From Chiloscyllium plagiosum (Eukaryota): a stretch of DNA of 20,000 nucleotides. Below the pieces are notes generated by a model, which saw only the letters and a list, made by a program, of their open reading frames with translations, was not told where the DNA came from and did no database searches. Made by a program: the position numbers and the translations under genes. The stretch lies in contig NC_057718.1 in the NCBI RefSeq assembly GCF_004010195.1, positions 949,140-969,139 of the forward strand. The letters run 5' to 3'. Positions 9,571-20,000 of this stretch are shown one piece after another; position 1 is the stretch's first letter, and each line of letters starts with the position of its first letter.

Positions 9571-9834
9571 ACAGACTGACTTCTTCCTCTGGACCTTTGT
9601 CACTGAATTGTCCCTGCTGCCTTTCTGACCAATTTTACCTAGTTTTGTGGAGACTGAGGATCAAACGTGGAATTTCTGGATTGTTTTAATTTTACCAGCT
9701 GAATTCCAAAAATATATTTTATATAATTCTGACACATTTTTCTGGAATTGCCTTCTTGTCCTAAATAAGCAAGTTAAAATTTACAATCTGATAAAAAACA
9801 TCTGAGTCCGTTTCCACAAAAATGTAATTACGCG

Positions 9835-10442
9835 TGGGAAATCATGTCTCACTAACTTGAGTTTTTTTGAAGAAATAATGAAGGGGATTAATGATGTCAA
9901 AGCAGTGGACATGATCTATACAGACTTTAGTAAGGTGTTCGACAAGGGTCTGTATGGGAGCGTGTTTGGCAAGATTAGTTCACATGGAATACAGGGAGAA
10001 CAAGGCATTTGGATACAGAACTGGCTCGAAGACTGGAGGCCTGTGACCAGTGGTGTGCCACAAGGATTGGTGTGGGTCCACTGCTTTTTGTCATTTATAT
10101 AAATGATTTGGATGTGAACATAGGAAGTATAGTTAGTAAGTTTGCAGATGACACCAAAATTGGAAGTGCAGTGGACATTGAAGAAGGTTACTTCAGAGTA
10201 CACCGGGACCTTAATCAGATGGGCCAGTGGGCTGAGGAATGGGAGATGGAGTTTAATATAGATAACTGTGAGTTGCTGCATTTTGGAAAGGTAAATCAGG
10301 GCAGGACTTATACACCTAATGGTAAGGTCCTAGAAGTGTTACTGGAGTGCAGGTTCATAGTTCCTTGAAAAGGAGTTGCAGGTAGACAGGATAGTGAAGG
10401 AGGTGTTTGGTAACTCCTTTATTGGTTAGAGCATTGAGTGTA
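9835..10442 (+). mobile_element. Older CR1 LINE fragment, 5' part (resumes at 11321)
   Basis: KSCLTNL, DFSKVFDK, GVPQG and FADDTK motifs across frameshifts. Confidence 0.9.
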
Positions 10443-11320
10443 GGATTTCTTTGAGAAGGTGACCAAACAGGTAGATGAGAGTAAACCGGTTGAAGTGGTG
10501 TATATGGATTTCAGCAAGGCGTTCAAAAAGGTTCCCCACAGTAGGCTATTGTACAAAATGCGGAAGAATGGGATTGTGGGAGATATAACAGTTTGGATCA
10601 GTAATAGGCTTGCTGAAAGAAGACAGAGGGTGGTGGTTGATGGGAAATGTTCATCCTGGAGTCCAGTTACTAGTGGTGTACTGCAAGGGTCGGTGTTGGG
10701 TCCACTGCTGTTCGTCATTTTTATAAACGACCTGGATGAGGTTGTAGAAGGGTGGCTTAGTAAATTTGCAGACAACACGAAGGTCGGTGGAGTTGTGGAT
10801 AGTGACAAAGGATGTTGTAGGCTACAGAGAGACATAGATAAGCTGCAGAGTTGGGCTGAGAGGTGGCAAATGGAGTTTAATGCGGACAAGTGTGAGGTGA
10901 TTCACTTTGGTCGGAGTAACCGGAATATAAAGTACTGGGTAATGGTAAGATTCTTGGTAGTGTAGATGAGCAGAGAGATCTCGGTGTCCAGGTACACAGA
11001 TCCTTGAAAGCTGCCCACCCAGGTTGACAGGGTTGTTAAGAAGGCATACAGTGTTTTAGCTTTTATTAATAGAAGGATCGATAGATATAGGACAGATGTC
11101 AGAGGTAGTTTCTTTACTCAGAGAGTAGTAAGGGTATGGAATGCTTTGCCTGCAACGGTAGTAGATTTGCCAACTTTAAGTACATTTAAGTCGTCATTGG
11201 ACAAGCATATGGATGTATGTGGAATAGTGTAGGTTAGATGGGCTTCAGATTGGTATGACAGGTTGGTGCAACATCGAGGGCCGAAGGGCCTGTACTGCGC
11301 TGTAATGTTCGATGTTCTAT
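10443..11320 (+). mobile_element. Younger CR1 LINE nested in the older copy, with an internal deletion near 11080
   Basis: ORF 10459-10965 carries RT motifs. Ends with gggccgaagggcctgtactgcgctgtaatgttcgatgttctat. Confidence 0.9.
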
Positions 11321-11590
11321 GAATTGGGAGGTCACATTGCAGCTAAACAGGACATTGATTAGGCCACTTTCGGAATATTGTGTGCAATTCTGGTCTCCCT
11401 GCTATAGGAAGGATGTTGTAAAACTTGAAGGGGTTCAGAAAAGATTTACAAGGATGTTGCCAGGGTTGAGGATTTGAGCTGTAGGGAGTGGCTGAACACG
11501 CTGGGGCTGTTTTCCCTGAAGCGTTGGCAGCTAAAGGGTGGCCTTATAGAGGTTTGTAAAATCATGAGGGGAAGAGATAGGGCAAATCGA
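11321..11590 (+). mobile_element. Continuation of the older CR1 LINE
   Basis: ttgggaggtcacattgc...gaatattgtgtgcaattctggtctcc continues from gagcattgagtgtagga, the same order as in the 17872-19909 copy. Confidence 0.85.
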
Positions 11591-11964
11591 CAAGCAGTGC
11601 TGTTTTACCTGAACTTCAAGGCCGTATCTGTGCTCCCAATGTCTATTAGTGAAGACAGAACATGCTGACAACAGGCACCCCCATTAATAGTAAATGCACG
11701 AGTCGCAATCAGTTCCATAGATTCGCCGCCCTCACTTTATCACATCACACTGGTTGAAAATCATTGCTGTAGAAGGTACTTCATATCTAAACTTGTGCTG
11801 TTTCTGTCTTGGCAGTGTTTTAAAAGTTTTTCTCTGTAGCTAATTTTCTTTAATTTGCTTTAGGAATATTGCATGCAGATTACTCCAGTCAGCAATATAA
11901 ATGTGAGAGCTTTTACAGATTTCTTGCATGTGTTGTTTATTGCTTTTCACACCCTCTAATATAG

Positions 11965-12258
11965 AGTGGGGAACTTGACCGACTGCAGAATCGAGCCATG
12001 TCACAGCCCTGTGATTTAATGGAGCCAAAGTCTGCCATATGCCAGCAAGTTTCTGGCTCTCCTGGCTGCAACGTACCGAACCAATCATCTGGCCTGGCTC
12101 AGCAGCAGTATACTTGTAGTCCAGTCTCCATTGAACTAGCAGCCCGAGGAGCTTACCCCAGCAGCATGGGGCATCATCCACGGCAGGGCTTGGTTCGATT
12201 ACCCACTGTGACCAACCAGCTCCGACTACAGCTACAGCAGAGGCTACAGGGACAACAG
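11965..12258 (+). CDS. NCOA1: NCOA1-type exon (SGELDRLQ...NQLRLQLQQRLQGQQ)
   Basis: AG at 11963-11964, donor CAG|GTCAGT, phase 0-0. NQLRLQLQQRLQGQQ matches NCOA1. Confidence 0.92.
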
Positions 12259-12515
12259 GTCAGTGCATTCTATTCACTCACCTTGTACCTAGTGTACATA
12301 CCTCCTGCCATCCTGTCTAACTGTCCTATGTGGGGAATCACCACACCCATGGCTAATCACAATCTCCTATAGAAATCCTCCTTCTCAGAAATGCACCTGT
12401 CCACCTGCCCAGAATTAAATCAAAGTCCATCAATCAGATATGGATTGACCTACTGAGGGATTGTCACCAGTGGTTGAAAGGGTGGAGGAGAGGGTATGGT
12501 GAGCAATGGTATATA

Positions 12516-13015
12516 ACATGGTTTTGGTCGCCATACTATAGGAAGGATGTGGCGGCACTGGAACGGGTGCAGAGGAGGTTTACCAGGATGTTGCCTGGTA
12601 TGGTAGGAAGATCGTATGAGGAAAGGCTGAGGCACTTGGGGCTGTTTTCATTGGAGAAAAGAAGGTTTAGGGGTGACTTGATAGAGGTGTACAAGATGAT
12701 TAGGGGTTTAGATAGGGTTGACCATGAGAACCTTTTTCCACGTATGGAGTCAGCTATTACGAGGGGGCATAGCTTTAAATTAAGGGGTGGTAGGTATAGG
12801 ACAGATGTTAGGGGTAGATTCTTTACTCAGCGAGTCGTGAGTTCATGGAATGCCCTGCCAGTATCAGTGGTGGACTCTCCCTTTTTATGGGCATTTTAAC
12901 GGGCATTGGATAGGCATATGGAGGATAGTGGGCTAGTGTAGGTTAGGTGGGCTTGGATCGGCGCAACATCGAGGGCCGAAGGGCCTGTACTGCGCTGTAT
13001 TCTTCTATGTTCTAT
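12516..13015 (+). mobile_element. CR1 LINE 3' end, 5'-truncated
   Basis: ORF 12474-12899 FWSPYYRKDVAALERVQRRFTRMLPG...FFTQRVV, with a ttctatgttctatgt tail. Confidence 0.92.
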
Positions 13016-13092
13016 GTGTGCAGAGTATGTGTGAGGAGTATACTCAGTCTGTACATAGCAATGGGAACAGCTTGAGGTGATAAGTACGTAAC

Positions 13093-14150
13093 TACTAGGA
13101 GTAGGAACAGGTATAATCAGCCTTTCGAGCCTGCTCCACCTTTTGATATGACCATGGCTGATCTCATCTTGGCTCCACTCCACTTTCCTGCCCCCTCAAT
13201 AACCCTTCAACCCACTGCCTCCTTAGATTTACTCATTGTCCCAGCATTCATCGTACTTTGGGGTAGTGAATTCCACAGATTTGCGATCCTTTGAGAAGTA
13301 TTTTTTCCTCATCTCTATTTTAAATCTGTTCCCTTTTATCTGAAAATTATAACCTCTCGTTCTAGATGGCCTGACATGGGAACGCATCCTTTCAGACTCT
13401 ACTTTGTCAATACCCTTTAGCATCTTGTATACCTTAATTGAATCCTTCATTCTTCTAAACACGACAGAGAGTATGGGCATCAACTGCTCAATCTCTCTTC
13501 ATAAGACAAACACCTCATTTCTGGAATTAATCTAGTGAACTGCCTCCAATACAACTAAATCCCTCCTCAAAGAAGGGGACCAAAACTGTATACAGTACTC
13601 CAGATGCCTTGTACACTACTTTCATAAGCTATTAATTAGCAAGATTCCATTTGCCTTATTACCTGCTGTACCAGCGTACTAGTTTTTCCTGATTCATGCA
13701 CAAGATTCTCCATATTCCTCTGGTTTCTCTCCATTTAGGTGATGTTGCCTTTTTATTCCTCTGACCAAAATGGATAATCTCCCACTTACCACATTAAACT
13801 CCATCTGCCAAATTTTGGCTTATTCACCTACCTATCCACATCCATTTGTAAATTTCTAATTTATTCATTGCAAAATACTTCATCTATTTTAGTGTCATCT
13901 GCAAGTGTTCTATAGTACTTTCTTTCCCTGCATCCATGTCATTAATACAGATTGTAAATAGTAGGGGTCTGAGGACCAAGTTCGGTGGCACCTCACTAGT
14001 TAAATATGCCAACTGGAAAAAAGATTATCCCCTCTGCTTTCTGCTGGTTAGCCAAACCTCGACCCAACTAATAAAATTACCCCCAACCCCATGTGATCTT
14101 ACCTTGTATATTAACCTTTTGTGCAGCACCTTTGCAAATGCCTTCTGGAA
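13093..14150 (-). mobile_element. Degenerate CR1-clade LINE, different subfamily
   Basis: Minus-strand remnants VYKMLKGIDKV and WQMEFN, plus ttccagaaggcatttg (DFQKAF-like). Confidence 0.8.
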
Positions 14151-14196
14151 TTGTACACAGAGCGATGACACAGATCATTCTGCTGTCTCTCTGCAG

Positions 14197-14292
14197 ATGC
14201 ACCAGAATCGACAGGCTGCGATGAGTCATTTGGGTGCAGCAGGCTTGATGGGAATTGGACTGCGTGCTGGCATGCAGCAAATCACTGCCCAG
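14197..14292 (+). CDS. NCOA1: NCOA1-type exon (MHQNRQAAM...MQQITAQ)
   Basis: Acceptor tctctctgcAG, donor CAG|GTATGA. Compare human IHQNRQAIL...GMQQQITPQ. Confidence 0.93.
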
Positions 14293-14669
14293 GTATGAAT
14301 CCAGTGGAGATCTCTGTTTTCATGTTTACTTAACAGGTTGGAGGCTTGGGGGAAGATGATGTAGGTCACTATGTAACCACATGCTTTAAGACTCGGGTGC
14401 TGAGCAAGGGAGAGTTGATGACTGGGAAACTGTAGTAACTGCAGCATGCTTGAAGATGTTATAGATTTTGATTACGCCTAAAGTATGCTGTGGCACACAT
14501 GGAGATCTTAATGTAAGCACCTGACACATAAATAGTCCTTCTCCATGCTGGACATCCAAAGTGATCTTTCCACATTTATGCCAAAGCACAGATGCTGGAA
14601 GTAAAGACTTGGAAGAAGTTTAGCAGCAGTGATGGTTCAGTCTCTCATATCTCTCCCTTCTCTCTCCAG

Positions 14670-15045
14670 GGCCCTCTCAATGCTCAGATGGTTGCACAGC
14701 GACAACGTGAATACATTAGCCAGCAGCACAGACAGTGGCAGATGATGCAACAGCACGCCTTGCTGACAAGACAGCATATCCCAGCCAGCACTGGATCCCA
14801 TCTTACGCGCCCTCCTCCTTCACAAATCCACTTCTCACCCAGTTACAGCACATCAGGAAACACGTCTTCATCTGCCAGCCCCTTCCCATCACTGGTGTCC
14901 AGTGCTGACCCACAGCCAAACCCATTCAGCTCTCTCCATGGATCAGGGACTTTGAGCACAGGGATATTGGGCCAGACAGGGTCAGAGCCCAGAGCAGGTC
15001 TGATGCCCCAGATTCAGCAGAATATTTCACAGTATCTCACCTCAG
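14670..15045 (+). CDS. NCOA1: NCOA1-type Q-rich exon (GPLNAQMVAQRQRE...QQNISQYLTS)
   Basis: Strong acceptor tctctccAG, donor AG|GTAAGA. LNAQMxAQRQRE is the p160 signature. Confidence 0.95.
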
Positions 15046-15339
15046 GTAAGAAATACCTGCTGTGAAATCCAAGGGTCTGAGGGGATGGCTTCCTGTGCTA
15101 TATGATGGTGTTTGCTCTGAATTAACAGATTTGGACAATTCATTCCTATAAACCAAGGCATAGTTTTCAATTGTATATCCATCATTTTCCCTAGATAGCA
15201 ATAATACATCAGATATTGATGCCAGTGATCTCTTGGTTTGAATCAGTGGATATCAGTCAGGGCTCCTATTCTGTGATTACTCTGCAAGATATCTTGCCTT
15301 CCCAGTGCTCATGTATAACAGATGCTGATTATTTTCCAG

Positions 15340-15514
15340 CTTTACCCCAACAGGGAGACCCACCTTTAGCTCCAAATCCAAGTCGTGACAGCCCAACATT
15401 GTCTACACTGGTGCAGCCATCCCAGAGTTCCATGATGCAACAGACTGCAGCAACACCTGGATTTGAGACACCAGAAGGAAAGGTGTGGCAGCAAGAACCC
15501 CCGGAAAGCAACAG
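15340..15514 (+). CDS. NCOA1: NCOA1-type exon (ALPQQGDPPLAP...PEGKVWQQ)
   Basis: Acceptor ttttccAG, donor AG|GTATTG, phases 1/2 consistent with neighbours. Compare human QSSLLQQT...PDMKAWQQ. Confidence 0.9.
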
Positions 15515-15606
15515 GTATTGCACTCACCCAGTGATCAATTAACATCGCTATCCATGTTGTGCCTCTATGTATTTGTATGTGTGTGTAATACACTCTTATT
15601 TTCTAG

Positions 15607-15784
15607 CGTGTACACACAGGCCGGACAGCAGCAGCCAGGCAGTCTGGGAATGTACAACAACGTGAGTATCACTGTCTCTATGGACAATGGGCCTGCCTCT
15701 GTCAGTAACCTCAATCAAGTGTCAGGACAGATGCACATGGGGACCATGCAACTACCTTCAATCCGTTCAATGTGCCCAGAACAG
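15607..15784 (+). CDS. NCOA1: NCOA1-type AD2-region exon (GMYNNVSITVSM...MCPEQ)
   Basis: Acceptor ttttctAG, donor CAG|GTAAGC. Compare human GVYNNMSITVSM...VCPEQ. Confidence 0.94.
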
Positions 15785-15868
15785 GTAAGCAGTTCAGCAA
15801 GTTTTGTCACATCAGGTTTCATTTGGACAGTGATGTTCAAGTCTTTACTGGATTTCCTCCTCTAACAG

Positions 15869-16033
15869 GTGCAACAGGTCCAGGTGTTCGCTGATGTTCA
15901 GTGTACGGTGAATGTGGTTGGTGGAGACAGTTATTTGAACCAGTCAGGTATGGCATCCCAGAAAGGCCAACCTGGTGGGCAGGCACCACAGAGCCAGCAG
16001 AAAAGCCTTCTCCAACAACTACTGACAGAGTGA
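15869..16033 (+). CDS. NCOA1: Terminal coding exon, SRC-1a-type C-terminus with LxxLL NR box
   Basis: VQQVQVFADVQCTVNVVGGDSYLNQ...QQKSLLQQLLTE, TGA at 16031-16033. Confidence 0.96.
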   Translation: MQQVQVFADVQCTVNVVGGDSYLNQSGMASQKGQPGGQAPQSQQKSLLQQLLTE

Positions 16034-17002
16034 GTGATGGATGGTGATGAGGAGGAAAAATCAAACTGCACATCTCACTGATTCATACAGTAAACAGGTT
16101 CTGCAGTAGTGTCAGACACCTATTGAAAACTGGTTCACATTTCCTGTCTGCCTCTTGTTGGGGCATAGACAGTCTCAGATCTGTACAGAAGCCCTCACCA
16201 GTTGCTCAGTAACTCTCAGGCAGAGGATGAGATGAAGAATCTAGCTGAGCAACATCAGACCACCAGGATGGCGGCGAGCGTTGGCTGTGACACAGGGAAG
16301 GAGTGAGGTTCTCATATCAGAGCAGACTGTGCGTGCAGGACAGGTCCACAACACTGCACTTAAACAAATGCAGCTTCAGCATAAAACCAACCATCTGATA
16401 TTGCATCGGCTGCGGTTTACATCCAACCTCTTAAGTAATACAGACCTGGCTTCGTATAGTTCATTGGCGAGAAAGACAAAAATGAGAAAGCAATAATTAG
16501 CGGGTGGGGTTTTAAGTATTTGTAGGTGAACGTTCTTGATCTTGCAAATGCTTAGAATATTCCCAGCTGTGTAAAGCACAGCATTGTATTTAAGAATCTA
16601 TGGTCCAGAGATGAGTTCTCACTGTAAATATTTCTGGGATGTTTCTCTATTGTGGAAACACACAGTTTCATTGATGGTCCTCAGGCAGCTAACACACTGA
16701 CCTTCCTTTCTAGTGCAGACAGTTTGGGATCTTTGGGTAACTTGGGTGTTTGGGGTCGGGGAAAGGGGGGAGGAGGCGAGGACTGACTCTATTAGCAAGT
16801 GGTGTTTCAATTGACTGCACTGGTCTTTGAGGAAATGTTGTTGCCCATTAGTGAAGCAGTGCCCTGGACAGTCCTATATGACTTGTTATTAAAGCTGTTA
16901 GTAGTGTCCTTGAATGCCACTACTGGGTCAACCTTCCTTTTAAGACCCTTCCCAATTGGTCAGAGGTTGATATCACCCTGACCCATAAATGTATCATTGT
17001 TT

Positions 17003-17137
17003 TTGGAACTGGTTCCCTAACAGCACTGTGGGTGTACCTGCAAATCATGGTGGTCAACATGGTAACTCCTCAGCACCTTCACAAGGAGAATTAGGAATGG
17101 TCTCATCTGTGACATCTAATTCCTGTGAATTAATAAA
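17003..17137 (+). mobile_element. Degenerate LINE 3' end inside the UTR
   Basis: ccctaacagcactgtgggtgtacct...aattaggaatgg...gtgaattaataaa. The tail resembles the SINE tail at 2460-2528. Confidence 0.55.
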
Positions 17138-17334
17138 TCCAATTGGATAGCATGATACTTGCAGTAAGTCCCACCTGATTGGTTCTTTCAGTTTTATTTC
17201 CTCCGAGATTCCTGGTTTGGGATTTTTCCCGGTTCACTAATCTATAACTAATTAAAAGGTCTTTTAAATAAGGCACTTCGCTCAGTGTATAGAGAGAGCA
17301 GAACCAGGATTATTAGTGGGTAAAATTAATTTTT

Positions 17335-17357
17335 TATATATATATATATATATATAT
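17335..17357. repeat. (TA)n microsatellite
   Basis: About 11 TA units. Confidence 0.95.
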
Positions 17358-17531
17358 CAATGGTGCAAGAAATCTGCTTCTCTGCCCAGATGTCTTCAGA
17401 TTATGAGAGTTTAATACAAAGTATTTTGCTGTATTTAAGATGAATCCTCTGAAAACACTAACCAGAGGCATTTAACTAACATTGGCTTCTCTTGTATTAC
17501 TGTTTATCAAACATTTAATTACCAAGCTGTG

Positions 17532-17537
17532 AATAAA
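17532..17537 (+). promoter_or_regulatory. Likely polyadenylation signal
   Basis: AATAAA followed ~15-20 nt later by a U/GU-rich tract (tctttttgtgg). Alternatives at 17132 and 17844. Confidence 0.6.
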
Positions 17538-17871
17538 ATCTCAGAATAAGTCTTTTTGTGGATTTGCATCTATTTATTGATCCTCAGTAGAGGAGAAAGA
17601 GAAAGATCAGCACAATCCGTTCCTTTCAACATCTAAACAGCTTTATTAGATCACACTTTTTCTCAATGTGAGGCAATATATAAACCAAGACAATGAACGT
17701 TTCATCAACCTTTTGTCAGTAAATTTGCCAAGTACACCTAAACTCAGTTGAAACTCCCTTACTGGATATACTAACATTTTATATAGCTAATGGAATTGAC
17801 GTCCCAAATATTGGAAGGTGGGAGGAGAGTCAAGAAAGGATTTAATAAAATGTAGTGTCAGAATTTATAAA

Positions 17872-19909
17872 TAGAGTCATAGAGATGTATAGCACGGAAA
17901 CAGACCATTCGGTCCAAACCGTCCATGCCGACCAGATATCTCAACCCAATCTAGTCCCACCTGCCAGCACCCGGCCCATATCCCTCCAAACCCTTCCTAT
18001 TCATATACCCATCCAGATGCCTTTAAAATGTTGCAATTATACCAGCCTCCACTACTTCCTCTGGCAGCTCATTCCATACAGTACCATCCTCTGCATGAAA
18101 AAGTTGACCCTTAGGTCTCTTATAACTTTCCTCTCTCACCCTAAACCTATGCTCCTCATGCTTAACCTATAGGTAAACCTCTATAAGGTCACCCCTCAGC
18201 CTCTGGCACTCCAGGAAAACAGCCCTAGCCTATTCAACCTCTCCCTATAGCTCAAATCCTCCAACCCTGGCAACATCCATGTAAATCTTTTCTCAACCCT
18301 TTCAAGTTTCACAACATCTTTCCAACAGGAAGATCAGAATTGCACGCAATATTCCAACATTGGCATAACCAATGTCCTGTACAGCCGCAACATGACCTCC
18401 CAACTCCTGTACTCAGTGCTCTGACCAATAAAGGAAAGCATACCAAACGCCTTCTTCACTATCCTATCTACCTGCGACTCCACTTTCAAGGAGCTATGAA
18501 CCTGCACTCCAAGGTCTCTTTGTTCAGCAACACTCCCTAGGACCTTACCATTAAGTATATAAGTCCTGCTAAGATTTGCTTTCCCAAAATGCAGCACCTC
18601 GCATTTATCTGAATTAAACTCCATCTGCCATTTCTCAGTCCATTGGCCCATCTGGTCCAGATCCTGTTGTAATCTGAGGTAACCCTCTTCACTGTCCACT
18701 ACACCTCCAATTTTGGTGTCATGTATAAACTTACTAACTGTACCTTTTATGCTCACACCCAAATCAATTATATAAATGATGAAAAGTAGAGGACCCAGCA
18801 CCGATCCTTGTGGCACTCCACTGCTCACAGGCCTCCAGTCTGAAAAACAAGCCTCCACTACCACCCTCTGTCTTCTACCTTTCAGTCGGTCCTGTATCCA
18901 AATGGCTAGTTCTCTCTGTATTCCATGAGATCTAACCTTGCTAACCAGTCTCCCATGGGGAACCTTGTCAAATGCCTTACTGAAGTCCATACAGATCATG
19001 TCCACCGTTCTGTCCTCGTCAGTCCTCTTTGTTACTTCCTCAAAAAACGCAATCAAGTTTGTGAGACATGATTTCCCACGCACAAAGCCATGTTGACTAT
19101 CCCTAATCAGTCCTTGCCTTTCCAAATACATGTTCAGCCTGTCCCTCAGGATTCCCTGCAACAACTTGCCCACCACCGACGTCAGGCTCAACAGTCTATC
19201 GTTCCCTGGCTTGTCTTTACCACCCTTCTTAAACAGCGGCACCACGTTAACCAACCTCCAGTCTTCCGGCACCTCACCTGTGACTAATGATGATACAAAT
19301 ATCTCAATAAGAGGCCCAGCAATGACTTCTCTAGCTTCCCACAAAGTTATAAGGTACACCTGATCAGTTCCTGGGGAGTTATCCACCTTTGAGTGAGTTT
19401 CAAGACATCCAGCACTTCCTCCTCTGTAATATGGACATTTTTCAAGATGTCACTATCTATTTCCCTACAGTCTATATCTTCCATATCCTATTCCACATTA
19501 AATACTGATGCAAAATGCTTGTTTAGTATCTCCCCCATCTCCTGCAGCTCCACACAAAGGCCGCCTTGCTGATCCTTGGGGGGCCCTATTCTCTCCCTAG
19601 TTACCCTTTTGTCCTTAATGTATTTGTAAAAGCCCTTTGGATTCTCCTTAACTCTATTTGCCAAAGCTATCTCATGTCCCTTTTTGCTCTCCTAATTTCT
19701 CTCTTAAGGATACTCCTACTGCTTTTATACTCTAAGGATTCACTCGATCTATCCTGTCTATACCTGACATATGCTACCTTCTTTTTCTTAACCAAAACTT
19801 CAAATTCTTCTGTCATCCAGCCCTTGCTTTCACCCTAACAGGAATATACTTTCTCTGAACCCTTATTAACTCACTTCTGAAGGCTTCCCATTTTCCAGCT
19901 GTCCCTTTA
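17872..19909 (-). mobile_element. CR1-clade LINE, ~2-kb fragment with most of the RT domain
   Basis: ORF 18334-19386(-) has VVPLFKKG, SQHGFVRGKSCLTNL, DFSKAFDKVPH and GVPQGSVLGP. The FADD motif is mutated to FIHD. Tail atagagtcatagag. Confidence 0.95.
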
Positions 19910-20000
19910 GATTAGATTACTTACAGTGTGGAAACAGGCCCTTCGGCCCAACAAGTCCACACCGACTCGCCAAAGTGCACCCACCCAGACCCATTCCCCT
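19910..20000 (-). mobile_element. 3' tail of another CR1-partner LINE/SINE (HE1-like), running off the window
   Basis: (tagat)n tail then agtgtggaaacaggcccttcggccc, the same stem-loop motif as the other tails. Confidence 0.75.

Larger units (their letters stand above)
16034..17560 (+). other. NCOA1: Probable 3' UTR
   Basis: Largely repeat-free sequence after the stop, becoming AU-rich and ending near AATAAA 17532. The end is inferred. Confidence 0.6.

Noticed and set aside
18334..19386. Active reverse transcriptase gene
   Set aside because: Catalytic FADD is mutated to FIHD, the frame is broken at both ends, and no endonuclease domain is present.

Overview
Eukaryotic vertebrate DNA. The repeat content (CR1-clade LINEs with ctatgtt tails, Penelope-like elements, a Deu-type SINE, a ~68-bp satellite) points to a shark or other cartilaginous fish (inference). 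The + strand carries the last eight coding exons and the 3' UTR of a p160 nuclear receptor coactivator of the NCOA1/SRC-1 type: 1543-1651, 2718-2886, 11965-12258, 14197-14292, 14670-15045, 15340-15514, 15607-15784 and 15869-16033. All splice phases join into one open frame ending KSLLQQLLTE*. The introns are packed with nested retroelement fragments and there is an 827-N gap. Highlights: (1) a single WDR70-like exon with its own acceptor and donor sits inside a Penelope element, where the endonuclease region should be; (2) the 84-nt last intron, if retained, reads through to an alternative LxxLL C-terminus (KSLLDFLL*), and a mammalian NCOA1 segment is missing; (3) a GC-AG intron; (4) several minimal hammerhead ribozyme motifs in Penelope termini, including a palindromic pair. 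All homology calls come from recalled sequences, not from searches.
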